From: Eledone cirrhosa
Taxonomy: Eukaryota
Assembly (NCBI GenBank): GCA_964016885.1
Contig: OZ024741.1
Location: 13,454,001 to 13,518,000, forward strand
DNA: 64,000 nucleotides
Direction of reading: 5' to 3'
Numbering within the stretch: the first letter of the stretch is position 1; each line of letters opens with the position of its first letter. This document shows, piece by piece, positions 1-15,813 of the stretch. A program made the position numbers and the translations under genes. The notes below the pieces were generated by a model. The model searched no databases and was not told where the DNA came from. It saw nothing but the letters and a program-made list of their open reading frames with translations.

Positions 1-3000
1 GTTATATACAGTCTTTATATACACTGTTCTACATGACAGCAATGTTATATACAGTCTTTATATACACTGTTCTACATGACAGCAATGTTATATACAGTCT
101 TTATATACAATGTCCTACATGACAGCAATGGTATATAGTCTTTATATACACTGTCCTACATGACAACAATGGTATATACAGTCTTTATATACAATGTCCT
201 ACATGACAGCAATGTTATATATAGTCTTTATATACAATGTCCTACATGACATCAATGTTATATACAGTCTTTATATACACTGTCCTACATGACAGCAATG
301 TTATATACAGTCTTTATATACAATGTCCTACATGACAGCAATGTTATATACAGTCTTTATATACACTGTCTTACATGACAGCAATGTTATATACAGTCTT
401 TATATACACTGTCCTACATGACAGCAATGTTATATACAGTCTTTATATACACTGTCCTACATGACAGCAATGTTATATACAGTCTTTATATACACTGTCC
501 TACATGACAACAATGTTATATACAGTCTTTATATACAATGTCCTACATGACAGCAATGTTATATACAGTCTTTATATACACTGTCCTACATGACAGCAAT
601 GTTATATACAGTCTTTATATACACTGTCCTACATGACAGCAATGTTATATACAGTGGTATATACACTGTCCTACATGACAGCAATGTTATATAGTCTTTA
701 TATACACTGTACTACATGAGAACAATGTTATATACAGTCTTTATATACACTGTCCTACATGACAGAAATGTTATATACAGTCTTTATATACACTGTCGTA
801 CATGACAGCACTTATATACAGTCTTTATATACACTGTCCTACATGACAGCACTTATATACAGTGGTATATACACTGCCCTACATGACAGCAATGTTATAT
901 ACAGTGGTATATACAGTGTCCCACATGACAGCAATGTTATATAAAGTCTTTATATACACTGTTCTACATGACAGCAATGTTATATACAGTCTTTATATAC
1001 ACTGTACTACATGACAGCAATGTTATATACAGTATTTATATACACTGTACTACATGAGAGCAATGTTATATACAGTCTTTATATACACTGTCATACATGA
1101 TAGCAATGTGATATACAATCTTTCTATACACTGTACTACATGAGAGCAATGTTATATACAGCTTTATATACACTGTACTACATGAGAGCAATGTTATATA
1201 CAGTCTTTATATACACTGTCCTACATGACAGCAATGGTATATAGTCTTTATATACACTGTACTACATGACAGCAATGTTATATACAGTCTTTATATACAA
1301 TGTCCTACATGACAGCAATGTTATATACAGTGGTATATACACTGTCCTACATGACAGCAATGTTATATAAAGTCTTTATATACACTGCCCTACATGACAG
1401 CAATGTGATATACAGTCTTTATATACACTGTACTACATGACAGCAAAGTTATATACAGTGGTATATACACTGTACTACGTGAGAGCAATGTTATATACAG
1501 TCTTTATATACACTGTACTACATGACAGCAATGGTATATAGTCTTTATATACACTGTCCTACATGACAGCAATGTTATATACAGTCTTTATATACACTAT
1601 CCTACATGACAGCAATGTTATATACAGTCTTTATATACAATGTCCTACATGACAGCAATGTTATATACAGTCTTTATATACACTATCCTACATGACAGCA
1701 ATGTTATATACAGTCTTTATATACACTGTCCTACATGACAGCAATGGTATATAGTCTTTATATACACTGTCCTACATGACAGCAATGGTATATAGTCCTT
1801 ATATACACTGTCCTACATGACACCAATGGTATATAGTCTTTATATACAATGTTCTACATGACAGCAATGTTATATACAGTCTTTATATACACTGTCCAAC
1901 ATGACAGCAATGGTATATAGTCTTTATATACACTGTGTATATAAAGACTGTATATAACATTGCTCTCATGTAGTACAGTGTATATAAAGACTATATACCA
2001 TTGCTGTCATGTAGGACAGTGTATATAAAGACTTTATATAACATTGCTGTCATGTGGGACAGTCTTTATATACACTGTTCTACATGACAGCAATGTTATA
2101 TACAGTCTTTATATACACTGTCGTACATGACAGCACTTATATACAGTCTTTATATACACTGTCCTACATGACAGCACTTATCTACAGTGGTATATACACT
2201 GTGCTACATGACAGCAATGTTATATACAGTCTTTATATACACTGTACTACATGACAGCAATGTTATATATAGTCTTTATATACAATGTCCTACATGACAG
2301 CAATGTTATATACAGTGGTATATACACTGTCCTACATGACAGCAATGGTATATAGTCTTTATATACACTGTGCTACATGACAGCAATGTTTTATAGTCTT
2401 TATCTACACTGTTCTACATGACAGCAATGTGATATACAGTCTTTATATACACTGTCCTACATGACAGCAATGTTATATAGTCTTTATAAACACTGTCCTA
2501 CATGACAGCAATGTTATATGCAGTGGTATATACACTGCCCTACATGACAGCAATGTTATATACAGTGGTATATACACTGTCCCACATGACAGCAATGTTA
2601 TATACAGTCTTTATATACACTGTTCTACATGACAGCAATGTTATATACAGTCTTTATATACACTGTCGTACATGACAGCACTTATATACAGTCTTTATAT
2701 ACACTGTCCTACATGACAGCACTTATATACAGTGGTATATACACTGCCCTACATGACAGCAATGTTATATACAGTGGTATATACAGTGTCCCACATGACA
2801 GCAATGTTATATAAAGTCTTTATATACACTGTTCTACATGACAGCAATGTTATATACAGTCTTTATATACACTGTCCTACATGACAGCACTTATTTACAG
2901 TGGTATATACACTGCCCTACATGACAGCAATGTTATATACAGTGGTATATACACTGTGCTACATGACAGCAATGTTATATACAGTCTTTATATACACTGT

Positions 3001-6000
3001 ACTACATGACAGCAATGTTATATACAGTCTTTATATACACTGTCCTACATGACAGCAATGTGATATACAGTCTTTATATACACTGTACTACATGACAGCA
3101 ATGTTATATACAGTGGTATATATACTGTACTACATGAGACCAATGTTATATACAGTCTTTATATACACTGTACTACATGACAGCAATGGTATATAGTCTT
3201 TATATACACTGTCCTACATGACAGCAATGTTATATACAGTCTTTATATACACTATCCTACATGACAGCAATGTTATATACAGTCTTTATATACATTGTCC
3301 TACATGACAACAATGGTATATAGTCTTTATATACACTGTCCTACATGACAGCAATGGTATATAGTCTTTATATACACTGTCCTACATGACAGCAATGGTA
3401 TATAGTCTTTATATACACTGTGTATATAAAGACTGTATATAACATTGCTCTCATGTAGTACAGTGTATATAAAGACTATATACCATTGCTGTCATGTAGG
3501 ACAGTGTATATAAAGACTTTATATAACATTGCTGTCATGTGGGACAAAGTCTTTATATACACTGTTCTACATGACAGCAATGTTATATACAGTCTTTATA
3601 TACACTGTCCTACATGACAGCACTTATCTACAGTGGTATATACACTGTGCTACATGACAGCAATGTTATATACAGTCTTTATATACACTATACTACATGA
3701 CAGCAATGTTATATATAGTCTTTATATACAATGTCCTACATGACAGCAATGTTATATACAGTGGTATATACACTGTCCTACATGACAGCAATGTTATATA
3801 CAGTCTTTATATACACTGTCCTACATGACAATAATGTTTTATAGTCTTTATCTACACTGTTCTACATGACAGCAATGTGATATACAGTCTTTATATACAC
3901 TGTCCTACATGACAGCAATGTTATATAGTCTTTATAAACACTGTCCTACATGACAGCAATGTTATATACAGTGGTATATACACTGCCCTACATGACAGCA
4001 ATGTTATATACAGTGGTATATACACTGTCCCACGTGACAGCAATGTTATATACAGTCTTTATATACACTGTTCTACATGACATCAATGTTATATACAGTC
4101 TTTATATACACTGTTCTACATGACAGCAATGTTATATACAGTCTTTATATACACTGTTCTACATGACAGCAATGTTATATACAGTCTTTATATACAATGT
4201 CCTACATGACAGCAATGGTATATAGTCTTTATATACACTGTCCTACATGACAACAATGGTATATACAGTCTTTATATACAATGTCCTACATGACAGCAAT
4301 GTTATATATAGTCTTTATATACAATGTCCTACATGACATCAATGTTTTATACAGTCTTTATATACACTGTCCTACATGACAGCAATGTTATATACAGTCT
4401 TTATATACAATGTCCTACATGACAGCAATGTTATATACAGTCTTTATATACACTGTCTTACATGACAGCAATGTTATATACAGTCTTTATATACACTGTC
4501 CTACATGACAGCAATGTTATATACAGTCTTTATATACACTGTCCTACATGACAGCAATGTTATATACAGTCTTTATATACACTGTCCTACATGACAACAA
4601 TGTTATATACAGTCTTTATATACAATGTCCTACATGACAGCAATGTTATATACAGTCTTTATATACACTGTCCTACATGACAGCAATGTTATATACAGTC
4701 TTTATATACACTGTCCTACATGACAGCAATGTTATATACAGTGGTATATACACTGTCCTACATGACAGCAATGTTATATAGTCTTTATATACACTGTACT
4801 ACATGAGAACAATGTTATATACAGTCTTTATATACACTGTCCTACATGACAGCAATGTTATATACAGTCTTTATATACACTGTCCTACATGACAGCAATG
4901 GTATATAGTCTTTATATACACTGTTCTACATGACAGCAATGTTATATATAGTCTTTATATACACTGTCCTACATGACAGCAATGTTATATACAGTCTTTA
5001 TATACACTGTCCTACATGACAGCAATGTTATATACAGTCTTTATATACAATGTCCTACATGACAGAAATGTTATATATAGTCTTTATATACAATGTCCTA
5101 CATGACATCAATGTTATATACAGTCTTTATATACACTGTCCTACATGACAGCAATGTTATATACAGTCTTTATATACACTGTCCGACATGACAGCAATGT
5201 TATATACAGTCTTTATATACACTGTCCTACATGACAGCAATGTTATATACAGTCTTTATATACAATGTCCTACATGACAGCAATGTTATATACAGTGGTA
5301 GATACACTGTCCTACATGACATCAATGTTATATACAGGGGTATGTATACACTGTACTACATGACAGCAATGTTATATACAGTGATATACACACTGTCCTA
5401 CATGACAGCAATGTTATATACAGTCTTTATATACACTATCCTACATGACAGCAATGTTATATAGTCTTTATATACACTGTCCTACATGACAGCAATGGTA
5501 TATAGTCTTTATATACACTGTCCTACATGACAGCAATGGTATATAGTCTTTATATACAATGTCCTACATGACAGCAATGTTATATACAGTCTTTATATAC
5601 ACTGTTCTACATGACAGCAATGTTATATACAGTCTTTATATACACTGTCCTACATGACAGCAATGGTATATAGTCTTTATATACACTGTACTACATGAGA
5701 GCAATGTTATATACAGTCTTTATATACAATGTCCTACATGACAGCAATGTTATATACAGTGGTATATACACTGTCCTACATGACAGCAATGTGATATACT
5801 GTCTTTATATACACTGTACTACATGACAGCAATGTTATATACAGTCTTTATATACACTGTTCTACATGACAGCAATGTTATATACAGTCTTTATATGCAC
5901 TGTACTACATGAGAGCAATGTTATATACAGTCTTTATATACACTGTACTACATGAGAGCAATGTTATATACAGTCTTTATATACACTGTACTACATGACA

Positions 6001-9000
6001 GCAATGTTATATACAGTCTTTATATACACTGTCCTACATGACAGCAATGGTATATAGTCTTTATATACACTGTACTACATGACAGCAATGTTATATACAG
6101 TCTTTATATACAATGTCCTACATGACAGCAATGTTATATACAGTGGTATATACACTGTCCTACAAGACAGCAATGTGATATACAGTCTTTATATACACTG
6201 CCCTACATGACAGCAATGTGATATACAGTCTTTATATACACTGTACTACATGACAGCAATGTTATATACAGTGGTATATATACTGTACTACATGAGACCA
6301 ATGTTATATACAGTCTTTATATACACTGTACTACATGACAGCAATGGTATATAGTCTTTATATACACTGTCCTACATGACAGCAATGTTATATACAGTCT
6401 TTATATACACTATCCTACATGACAGCAATGTTATATACAGTCTTTATATACATTGTCCTACATGACAACAATGGTATATAGTCTTTATATACACTGTCCT
6501 ACATGACAGCAATGGTATATAGTCTTTATATACACTGTCCTACATGACAGCAATGGTATATAGTCTTTATATACAATGTTCTACATGACAGCAATGTTAT
6601 ATACAGTCTTTATATACACTGTCCTACATGACAGCAATGGTATATAGTCTTTATATACACTGTGTATATAAAGACTGTATATAACATTGCTCTCATGTAG
6701 TACAGTGTATATAAAGACTATATACCATTGCTGTCATGTAGGACAGTGTATATAAAGACTTTATATAACATTGCTGTCATGTGGGACAAAGTCTTTATAT
6801 ACACTGTTCTACATGACAGCAATGTTATATACAGTCTTTATATACACTGTCCTACATGACAGCACTTATCTACAGTGGTATATACACTGTGCTACATGAC
6901 AGCAATGTTATATACAGTCTTTATATACACTATACTACATGACAGCAATGTTATATATAGTCTTTATATACAATGTCCTACAGGACAGCAATGTTATATA
7001 CAGTGGTATATACACTGTCCTACATGACAGCAATGTTATATACAGTCTTTATATACACTGTCCTACATGACAATAATGTTTTATAGTCTTTATCGACACT
7101 GTTCTACATGACAGCAATGTGATATACAGTCTTTATATACACTGTCCTACATGACAGCAATGTTATATAGTCTTTATAAACACTGTCCTACATGACAGCA
7201 ATGTTATATACAGTGGTATATACACTGCCCTACATGACAGCAATGTTATATACAGTGGTATATACACTGTCCCACGTGACAGCAATGTTATATATAGTCT
7301 TTATATACACTGTTCTACATGACAGAAATGTTATATACAGTCTTTATATACACTGTCGTACATGACAGCACTTATATACAGTCTTTATATACACTGTCCT
7401 ACATGACAGCACTTATATACAGTGGTATATACACTGCCCTACATGACAGCAATGTTATATACAGTGGTATATACAGTGTCCCACATGACAGCAATGTTAT
7501 ATAAAGTCTTTATATACACTGTTCTACATGACAGCAATGTTATATACAGTCTTTATATACACTGTACTACATGACAGCAATGTTATATACAGTATTTATA
7601 TACACTGTACTACATGAGAGCAATGTTATATACAGTCTTTATATACACTGTCATACATGATAGCAATGTGATATACAATCTTTCTATACACTGTACTACA
7701 TGAGAGCAATGTTATATACAGCTTTATATACACTGTACTACATGAGAGCAATGTTATATACAGTCTTTATATACACTGTCCTACATGACAGCAATGGTAT
7801 ATAGTCTTTATATACACTGTACTACATGACAGCAATGTTATATACAGTCTTTATATACAATGTCCTACATGACAGCAATGTTATATACAGTGGTATATAC
7901 ACTGTCCTACATGACAGCAATGTTATATAAAGTCTTTATATACACTGCCCTACATGACAGCAATGTGATATACAGTCTTTATATACACTGTACTACATGA
8001 CAGCAAAGTTATATACAGTGGTATATACACTGTACTACGTGAGAGCAATGTTATATACAGTCTTTATATACACTGTACTACATGACAGCAATGGTATATA
8101 GTCTTTATATACACTGTCCTACATGACAGCAATGTTATATACAGTCTTTATATACACTATCCTACATGACAGCAATGTTATATACAGTCTTTATATACAA
8201 TGTCCTACATGACAGCAATGTTATATACAGTCTTTATATACACTATCCTACATGACAGCAATGTTATATACAGTCTTTATATACACTGTCCTACATGACA
8301 GCAACGGTATATAGTCTTTATATACACTGTCCTACATGACAGCAATGGTATATAGTCCTTATATACACTGTCCTACATGACAGCAATGGTATATAGTCTT
8401 TATATACAATGTTCTACATGACAGCAATGTTATATACAGTCTTTATATACACTGTCCAACATGACAGCAATGGTATATAGTCTTTATATACACTGTGTAT
8501 ATAAAGACTATATAACATTGCTCTCATGTAGTACAGTGTATATAAAGACTATATACCATTGCTGTCATGTAGGACAGTGTATATAAAGACTTTATATAAC
8601 ATTGCTGTCATGTGGGACAGTCTTTATATACACTGTTCTACATGACAGCAATGTTATATACAGTCTTTATATACACTGTCGTACATGACAGCACTTATAT
8701 ACAGTCTTTATATACACTGTCCTACATGACAGCACTTATCTACAGTGGTATATACACTGTGCTACATGACAGCAATGTTATATACAGTCTTTATATACAC
8801 TGTACTACATGACAGCAATGTTATATATAGTCTTTATATACAATGTCCTACATGACAGCAATGTTATATACAGTGGTATATACACTGTCCTACATGACAG
8901 CAATGGTATATAGTCTTTATATACACTGTGCTACATGACAGCAATGTTTTATAGTCTTTATCTACACTGTTCTACATGACAGCAATGTGATATACAGTCT

Positions 9001-12000
9001 TTATATACACTGTCCTACATGACAGCAATGTTATATAGTCTTTATAAACACTGTCTTACATGACAGCAATGTTATATGCAGTGGTATATACACTGCCCTA
9101 CATGACAGCAATGTTATACACAGTGGTATATACACTGTCCCACATGACAGCAATGTTATATACAGTCTTTATATACACTGTTCTACATGACAGCAATGTT
9201 ATATACAGTCTTTATATACACTGTCGTACATGACAGCACTTATATACAGTCTTTATATACACTGTCCTACATGACAGCACTTATATACAGTGGTATATAC
9301 ACTGCCCTACATGACAGCAATGTTATATACAGTGGTATATACAGTGTCCCACATGACAGCAATGTTATATAAAGTCTTTATATACACTGTTCTACATGAC
9401 AGCAATGTTATATACAGTCTTTATATACAATGTCCTACATGACAGCAATGTTATATACAGTGGTATATACACTGTCCTACATGACAGCAATGTTATATAC
9501 AGTCTTTATATACACTGTCCTACATGACAGCAATGTTATATACAGTCTTTATCTACACTGTCCTACATGACAGCACTTATATACAGTGGTATATACACTG
9601 CCCTACATGACAGCAATGTTATATACAGTGGTATATACACTGTCCCACATGACAGCAATGTTATATAAAGTCTTTATATACACTGTTCTACATGACAGCA
9701 ATGTTATATACAGTCTTTATATACACTGTCGTACATGACAGCACTTATATACAGTCTTTATATACACTGTCCTACATGACAGCACTTATATACAGTGGTA
9801 TATACACTGCCCTACATGACAGCAATGTTATATACAGTGGTATATACACTGTGCTACATGACAGCAATGTTATATACAGTCTTTATATACACTGTACTAC
9901 ATGACAGCAATGTTATATATAGTCTTTATATACAATGTCCTACATGACAGCAATGTTATATACAGTGGTATATACACTGTCCTACATGACAGCAATGTTA
10001 TATACAGTCTTTATATACACTGTCCTACATGACAGCAATGTTATATACAGTCTTTATCTACACTGTCCTACATGACAGCACTTATATACAGTGGTATATA
10101 CACTGCCCTACATGACAGCAATGTTATATACAGTGGTATATACACTGTCCCACATGACAGCAATGTTATATAAAGTCTTTATATACACTGTTCTACATAA
10201 CAGCAATGTTATATACAGTCTTTATATACACTGTACTACATGACAGCAATGTTATATACAGTCTTTATATACACTGTCGTACATGACAGCACTTATATAC
10301 AGTCTTTATATACACTGTCCTACATGACAGCACTTATATACAGTGGTATATACACTGCCCTACATGACAGCAATGTTATATACAGTGGTATATACAGTGT
10401 CCCACATGACAGCAATGTTATATAAAGTCTTTATATACACTGTTCTACATGACAGCAATGTTATATACAGTCTTTATATACACTGTCCTACATGACAGCA
10501 CTTATATACAGTGGTATATACACTGCCCTACATGACAGCAATGTTATATACAGTGGTATATACACTGTGCTACATGACATCAATGTTATATACAGTCTTT
10601 ATATACACTGTACTACATGACAGCAATGTTATATATAGTCTTTATATACAATGTCCTACATGACAGCAATGTTATATACAGTGGTATATACACTGTCCTA
10701 CATGGCAGCAATGTTATATACAGTCTTTATATACACTGTCCTACATGACAGCAATGTTATATACAGTCTTTATCTACACTGTCCTACATGACAGCACTTA
10801 TATACAGTGGTATATACACTGCCCTACATGACAGCAATGTTATATACAGTGGTATATACACTGTCCCACATGACAGCAATGTTATATAAAGTCTTTATAT
10901 ACACTGTTCTACATGACAGCAATGTTATATACAGTCTTTATATACACTGTACTACAGGACAGCAATGTTATATACAGTCTTTATATACACTGTACTACAG
11001 GACAGCAATGTTATATACAGTCTTTATATACACTGTCGTACATGACAGCACTTATCTACAGTGGTATATACACTGTGCTACATGACAGCAATGTTATATA
11101 CAGTCTTTATATACACTGTACTACATGACAGCAATGTTATATATAGTCTTTATATACAATGTCCTACATGACAGCAATGTTATATACAGTGGTATATACA
11201 CTGTCCTACATGACAGCAATGGTATATAGTATTTATATACACTGTCCTACATGACAGCAATGTTTTATAGTCTTTATCTACACTGTTCTACATGACAGCA
11301 ATGTGATATACAGTCTTTATATACACTGTCCTACATGACAGCAATGTTATATAGTCTTTATAAACACTGTCCTACATGACAGCAATGTTATATGCAGTGG
11401 TATATACACTGCCCTACATGACAGCAATGTTATATACAGTGGTATATACACTGTCCCACATGACAGCAATGTTATATACAGTCTTTATATACACTGTTCT
11501 ACATGACAGCACTTATATACAGTCTTTATATACACTGTCCTACATGACAGCACTTATATACAGTGGTATATACACTGCCCTACATGACAGCAATGTTATA
11601 TACAGTGGTATATACAGTGTCCCACATGACAGCAATGTTATATAAAGTCTTTATATACACTGTTCTACATAACAGCAATGTTATATACAGTCTTTATATA
11701 CACTGTACTACATGACAGCAATGTTATATACAGTCTTTATATACACTGTCGTACATGACAGCACTTATATACAGTCTTTATATACACTGTCCTACATGAC
11801 AGCACTTATATACAGTGGTATATACACTGCCCTACATGACAGCAATGTTATATACAGTGGTATATACAGTGTCCCACATGACAGCAATGTTATATAAAGT
11901 CTTTATATACACTGTTCTACATGACAGCAATGTTATATACAGTCTTTATATACACTGTCCTACATGACAGCACTTATATACAGTGGTATATACACTGCCC

Positions 12001-14877
12001 TACATGACAGCAATGTTATATACAGTGGTATATACACTGTGCTACATGACATCAATGTTATATACAGTCTTTATATACACTGTACTACATGACAGCAATG
12101 TTATATATAGTCTTTATATACAATGTCCTACATGACAGCAATGTTATATACAGTGGTATATACACTGTCCTACATGGCAGCAATGTTATATACAGTCTTT
12201 ATATACACTGTCCTACATGACAGCAATGTTATATACAGTCTTTATCTACACTGTCCTACATGACAGCACTTATATACAGTGGTATATACACTGCCCTACA
12301 TGACAGCAATGTTATATACAGTGGTATATACACTGTCCCACATGACAGCAATGTTATATAAAGTCTTTATATACACTGTTCTACATGACAGCAATGTTAT
12401 ATACAGTCTTTATATACACTGTACTACAGGACAGCAATGTTATATACAGTCTTTATATACACTGTACTACAGGACAGCAATGTTATATACAGTCTTTATA
12501 TACACTGTCGTACATGACAGCACTTATCTACAGTGGTATATACACTGTGCTACATGACAGCAATGTTATATACAGTCTTTATATACACTGTACTACATGA
12601 CAGCAATGTTATATATAGTCTTTATATACAATGTCCTACATGACAGCAATGTTATATACAGTGGTATATACACTGTCCTACATGACAGCAATGGTATATA
12701 GTATTTATATACACTGTCCTACATGACAGCAATGTTTTATAGTCTTTATCTACACTGTTCTACATGACAGCAATGTGATATACAGTCTTTATATACACTG
12801 TCCTACATGACAGCAATGTTATATAGTCTTTATAAACACTGTCCTACATGACAGCAATGTTATATGCAGTGGTATATACACTGCCCTACATGACAGCAAT
12901 GTTATATACAGTGGTATATACACTGTCCCACATGACAGCAATGTTATATACAGTCTTTATATACACTGTTCTACATGACAGCACTTATATACAGTCTTTA
13001 TATACACTGTCCTACATGACAGCACTTATATACAGTGGTATATACACTGCCCTACATGACAGCAATGTTATATACAGTGGTATATACAGTGTCCCACATG
13101 ACAGCAATGTTATATAAAGTCTTTATATACACTGTTCTACATGACAGCAATGTTATATACAGTCTTTATATACACTGTCCTACATGACAGCACTTATATA
13201 CAGTGCCCTACATGACAGCAATGTTATATACAGTGGTATATACACTGTGCTACATGACAGCAATGTTATATACAGTCTTTATATACACTGTACTACATGA
13301 CAGCAATGTTATATATAGTCTTTATATACAATGTCCTACATGACAGCAATGTTATATACAGTGGTATATACACTGTCCTACATGACAGCAATGTTATATA
13401 CAGTCTTTATATACACTGTCCTACATGACAGCAATGTTATATACAGTCTTTATCTACACTGTCCTACATGACAGCACTTATATACAGTGGTATATACACT
13501 GCCCTACATGACAGCAATGTTATATACAGTGGTATATACACTGTCCCACATGACAGCAATGTTATATAAAGTCTTTATATACACTGTTCTACATGACAGC
13601 AATGTTATATACAGTCTTTATATACACTGTACTACATGACAGCAATGTTATATACAGTCTTTATATACACTGTCGTACATGACAGCACTTATATACAGTC
13701 TTTATATACACTGTCCTACATGACAGCACTTATATACAGTGGTATATACACTGCCCTACATGACAGCAATGTTATATACAGTGGTATATACAGTGTCCCA
13801 CATGACAGCAATGTTATATAAAGTCTTTATATACACTGTTCTACATGACAGCAATGTTATATACAGTCTTTATATACACTGTCCTACATGACAGCACTTA
13901 TATACAGTGGTATATACACTGCCCTACATGACAGCAATGTTATATACAGTGGTATATACACTGTGCTACATGACAGCAATGTTATATACAGTCTTTATAT
14001 ACACTGTACTACATGACAGCAATGTTATATATAGTCTTTATATACAATGTCCTACATGACAGCAATGTTATATACAGTGGTATATACACTGTCCTACATG
14101 ACAGCAATGTTATATACAGTCTTTATATACACTGTCCTACATGACAGCAATGTTATATACAGTCTTTATCTACACTGTCCTACATGACAGCACTTATATA
14201 CAGTGGTATATACACTGCCCTACATGACAGCAATGTTATATACAGTGGTATATACACTGTCCCACATGACAGCAATGTTATATAAAGTCTTTATATACAC
14301 TGTTCTACATGACAGCAATGTTATATACAGTCTTTATATACACTGTACTACAGGACAGCAATGTTATATACAGTCTTTATATACACTGTCGTACATGACA
14401 GCACTTATATACAGTCTTTATATACACTGTCCTACATGACAGCACTTATATACAGTGGTATATACACTGTCCTACAAGATAGCAATGTTATATACAGTGG
14501 TATATACACTGTCGTACATGACAGCAGCGTTATATGCAGCCTTTATATACACTGTCCTACATGAAAGCAATGTTATATAGTCTTTATATACACTGTACTA
14601 CATGACAGCAACGTTATATACAGCCTTTATATACACTGTCCTACATGAAAGCAATGTTATATAGTCTTTATAACACTGTCCTACATGACAGCAATGTTAT
14701 ATACAGTGGTATATACACTGTCCTACATGACAGCAATGTTATATACAGTCTTTATAACACTGTCCTACATGACAGCAATGTTATATACAATGGTATATAT
14801 ACACTGTCCTACATGACAGCAATGTTATATACAGTGGTATATACACTGACCTACATGACAACAATGCTATATACACT
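1..14877. repeat. 43-bp satellite array (41-bp variants), runs off the left edge
   Basis: Unit GTTATATACAGTCTTTATATACACTGTCCTACATGACAGCAAT recurs at 1, 44, 87 and onward; variants GTGG/GTCTT, GGTATATAG; decays near 14500-14877. Confidence 0.98.
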
Positions 14878-14930
14878 CTCTATCAACTGACACACCCATT
14901 ACTGATAACTGATCAAACTATAAATAAACA

Positions 14931-14931
<1 letters not shown>

Positions 14932-14967
<36 letters not shown>

Positions 14968-15075
14968 CTTTTTATATACACACACACTCTCATTTTCTAT
15001 CTAGACACACACTCACTCACACACTCTTTTTCTTTTCTGTGCACACACACACTCTATTTTTTGTGTGTACAGATA

Positions 15076-15124
<49 letters not shown>

Positions 15125-15140
15125 CCTCTCCATCTCTCTC
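14932..15140. repeat. (CA)n and (CT)n microsatellites
   Basis: Direct reading. Confidence 0.9.
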
Positions 15141-15178
15141 ACATATATACACACTGTAAATATATACACACATTATAT

Positions 15179-15490
15179 GAATGCACATTGCTTAGTGGTT
15201 AGAGCATTGGCCTTGCAATCGAAAGCTTGTGAGTTCAATTCTCAAACTGGGTGATGTGTTGTTTCCTTGAGCAGTTTACTCAGCTGTAGAAATGAGATGA
15301 TAGGGACTGGGGTCCCTATCATTCCACTGTAAAGTGTTCGTGGAGGTGCCACGGCAAAAAAGCACCCAGCACTCACTGTAAAATGAGGTTGGTGTTAGGA
15401 AGGGCATCCAGCTGTAGAGATCAAGCCAGAATCAGTTCCTGTCCCACCCTTGCAAGCAGGGAAAAGCGGACATAAAATGATGATGATGAT
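15179..15490 (+). mobile_element. tRNA-derived SINE family A (CORE-like centre, RTE-derived tail), internally deleted copy
   Basis: A-box-like TGCTTAGTGG, B-box GAGTTCAATTC, CCTTGAGCA...CTCAGCTGTAGAAATG core, tail shared with the LINE 3' UTR at 25315-25465, (ATG)n end. Confidence 0.9.
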
Positions 15491-15670
15491 TACTGTTTAT
15501 AAATACAACACATAAAGTTGTCACAGCCTATTGTATATGGTAATATATTATTGTGTAGAAATATAACTATGCACACAAACACACCTATATATATATATCA
15601 CAATTCTTAGCCATTTTGAATCCGTTTCTGGCAGGGATCACTTAAGAAAATAATCTGTCCGAACAAGTTT

Positions 15671-15750
15671 GTTTCCTGATGAGTTCGAAGCTCGAGATTT
15701 TATCCTTAATAGGATATTTCCAAATGCGAACGAAACCCGAGGATAGAAAC
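15671..15750 (+). ncRNA. Type I hammerhead ribozyme motif (long stem II, one stem III mismatch)
   Basis: GTTTC-CTGATGA-GTTCG...CGAAC-GAAA-CCCGAGGA-TA-GAAAC; stem I GTTTC/GAAAC, stem II GTTCG/CGAAC with internal TATCCT/AGGATA hairpin. Confidence 0.75.
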
Positions 15751-15766
15751 GTAATCCTGGTATGTG

Positions 15767-15811
<45 letters not shown>

Positions 15812-15813
<2 letters not shown>

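Noticed and set aside
1-14877. CRISPR-like regular repeat
   Set aside because: No unique spacers, no cas genes, eukaryotic context.
759-14890. Repeated MTAMLYTV-type ORFs
   Set aside because: Translations of the 43-bp satellite; the unit length is not a multiple of three.
15179-15250. tRNA gene (also the other SINE heads)
   Set aside because: No proper acceptor stem; continues into SINE body and tail.
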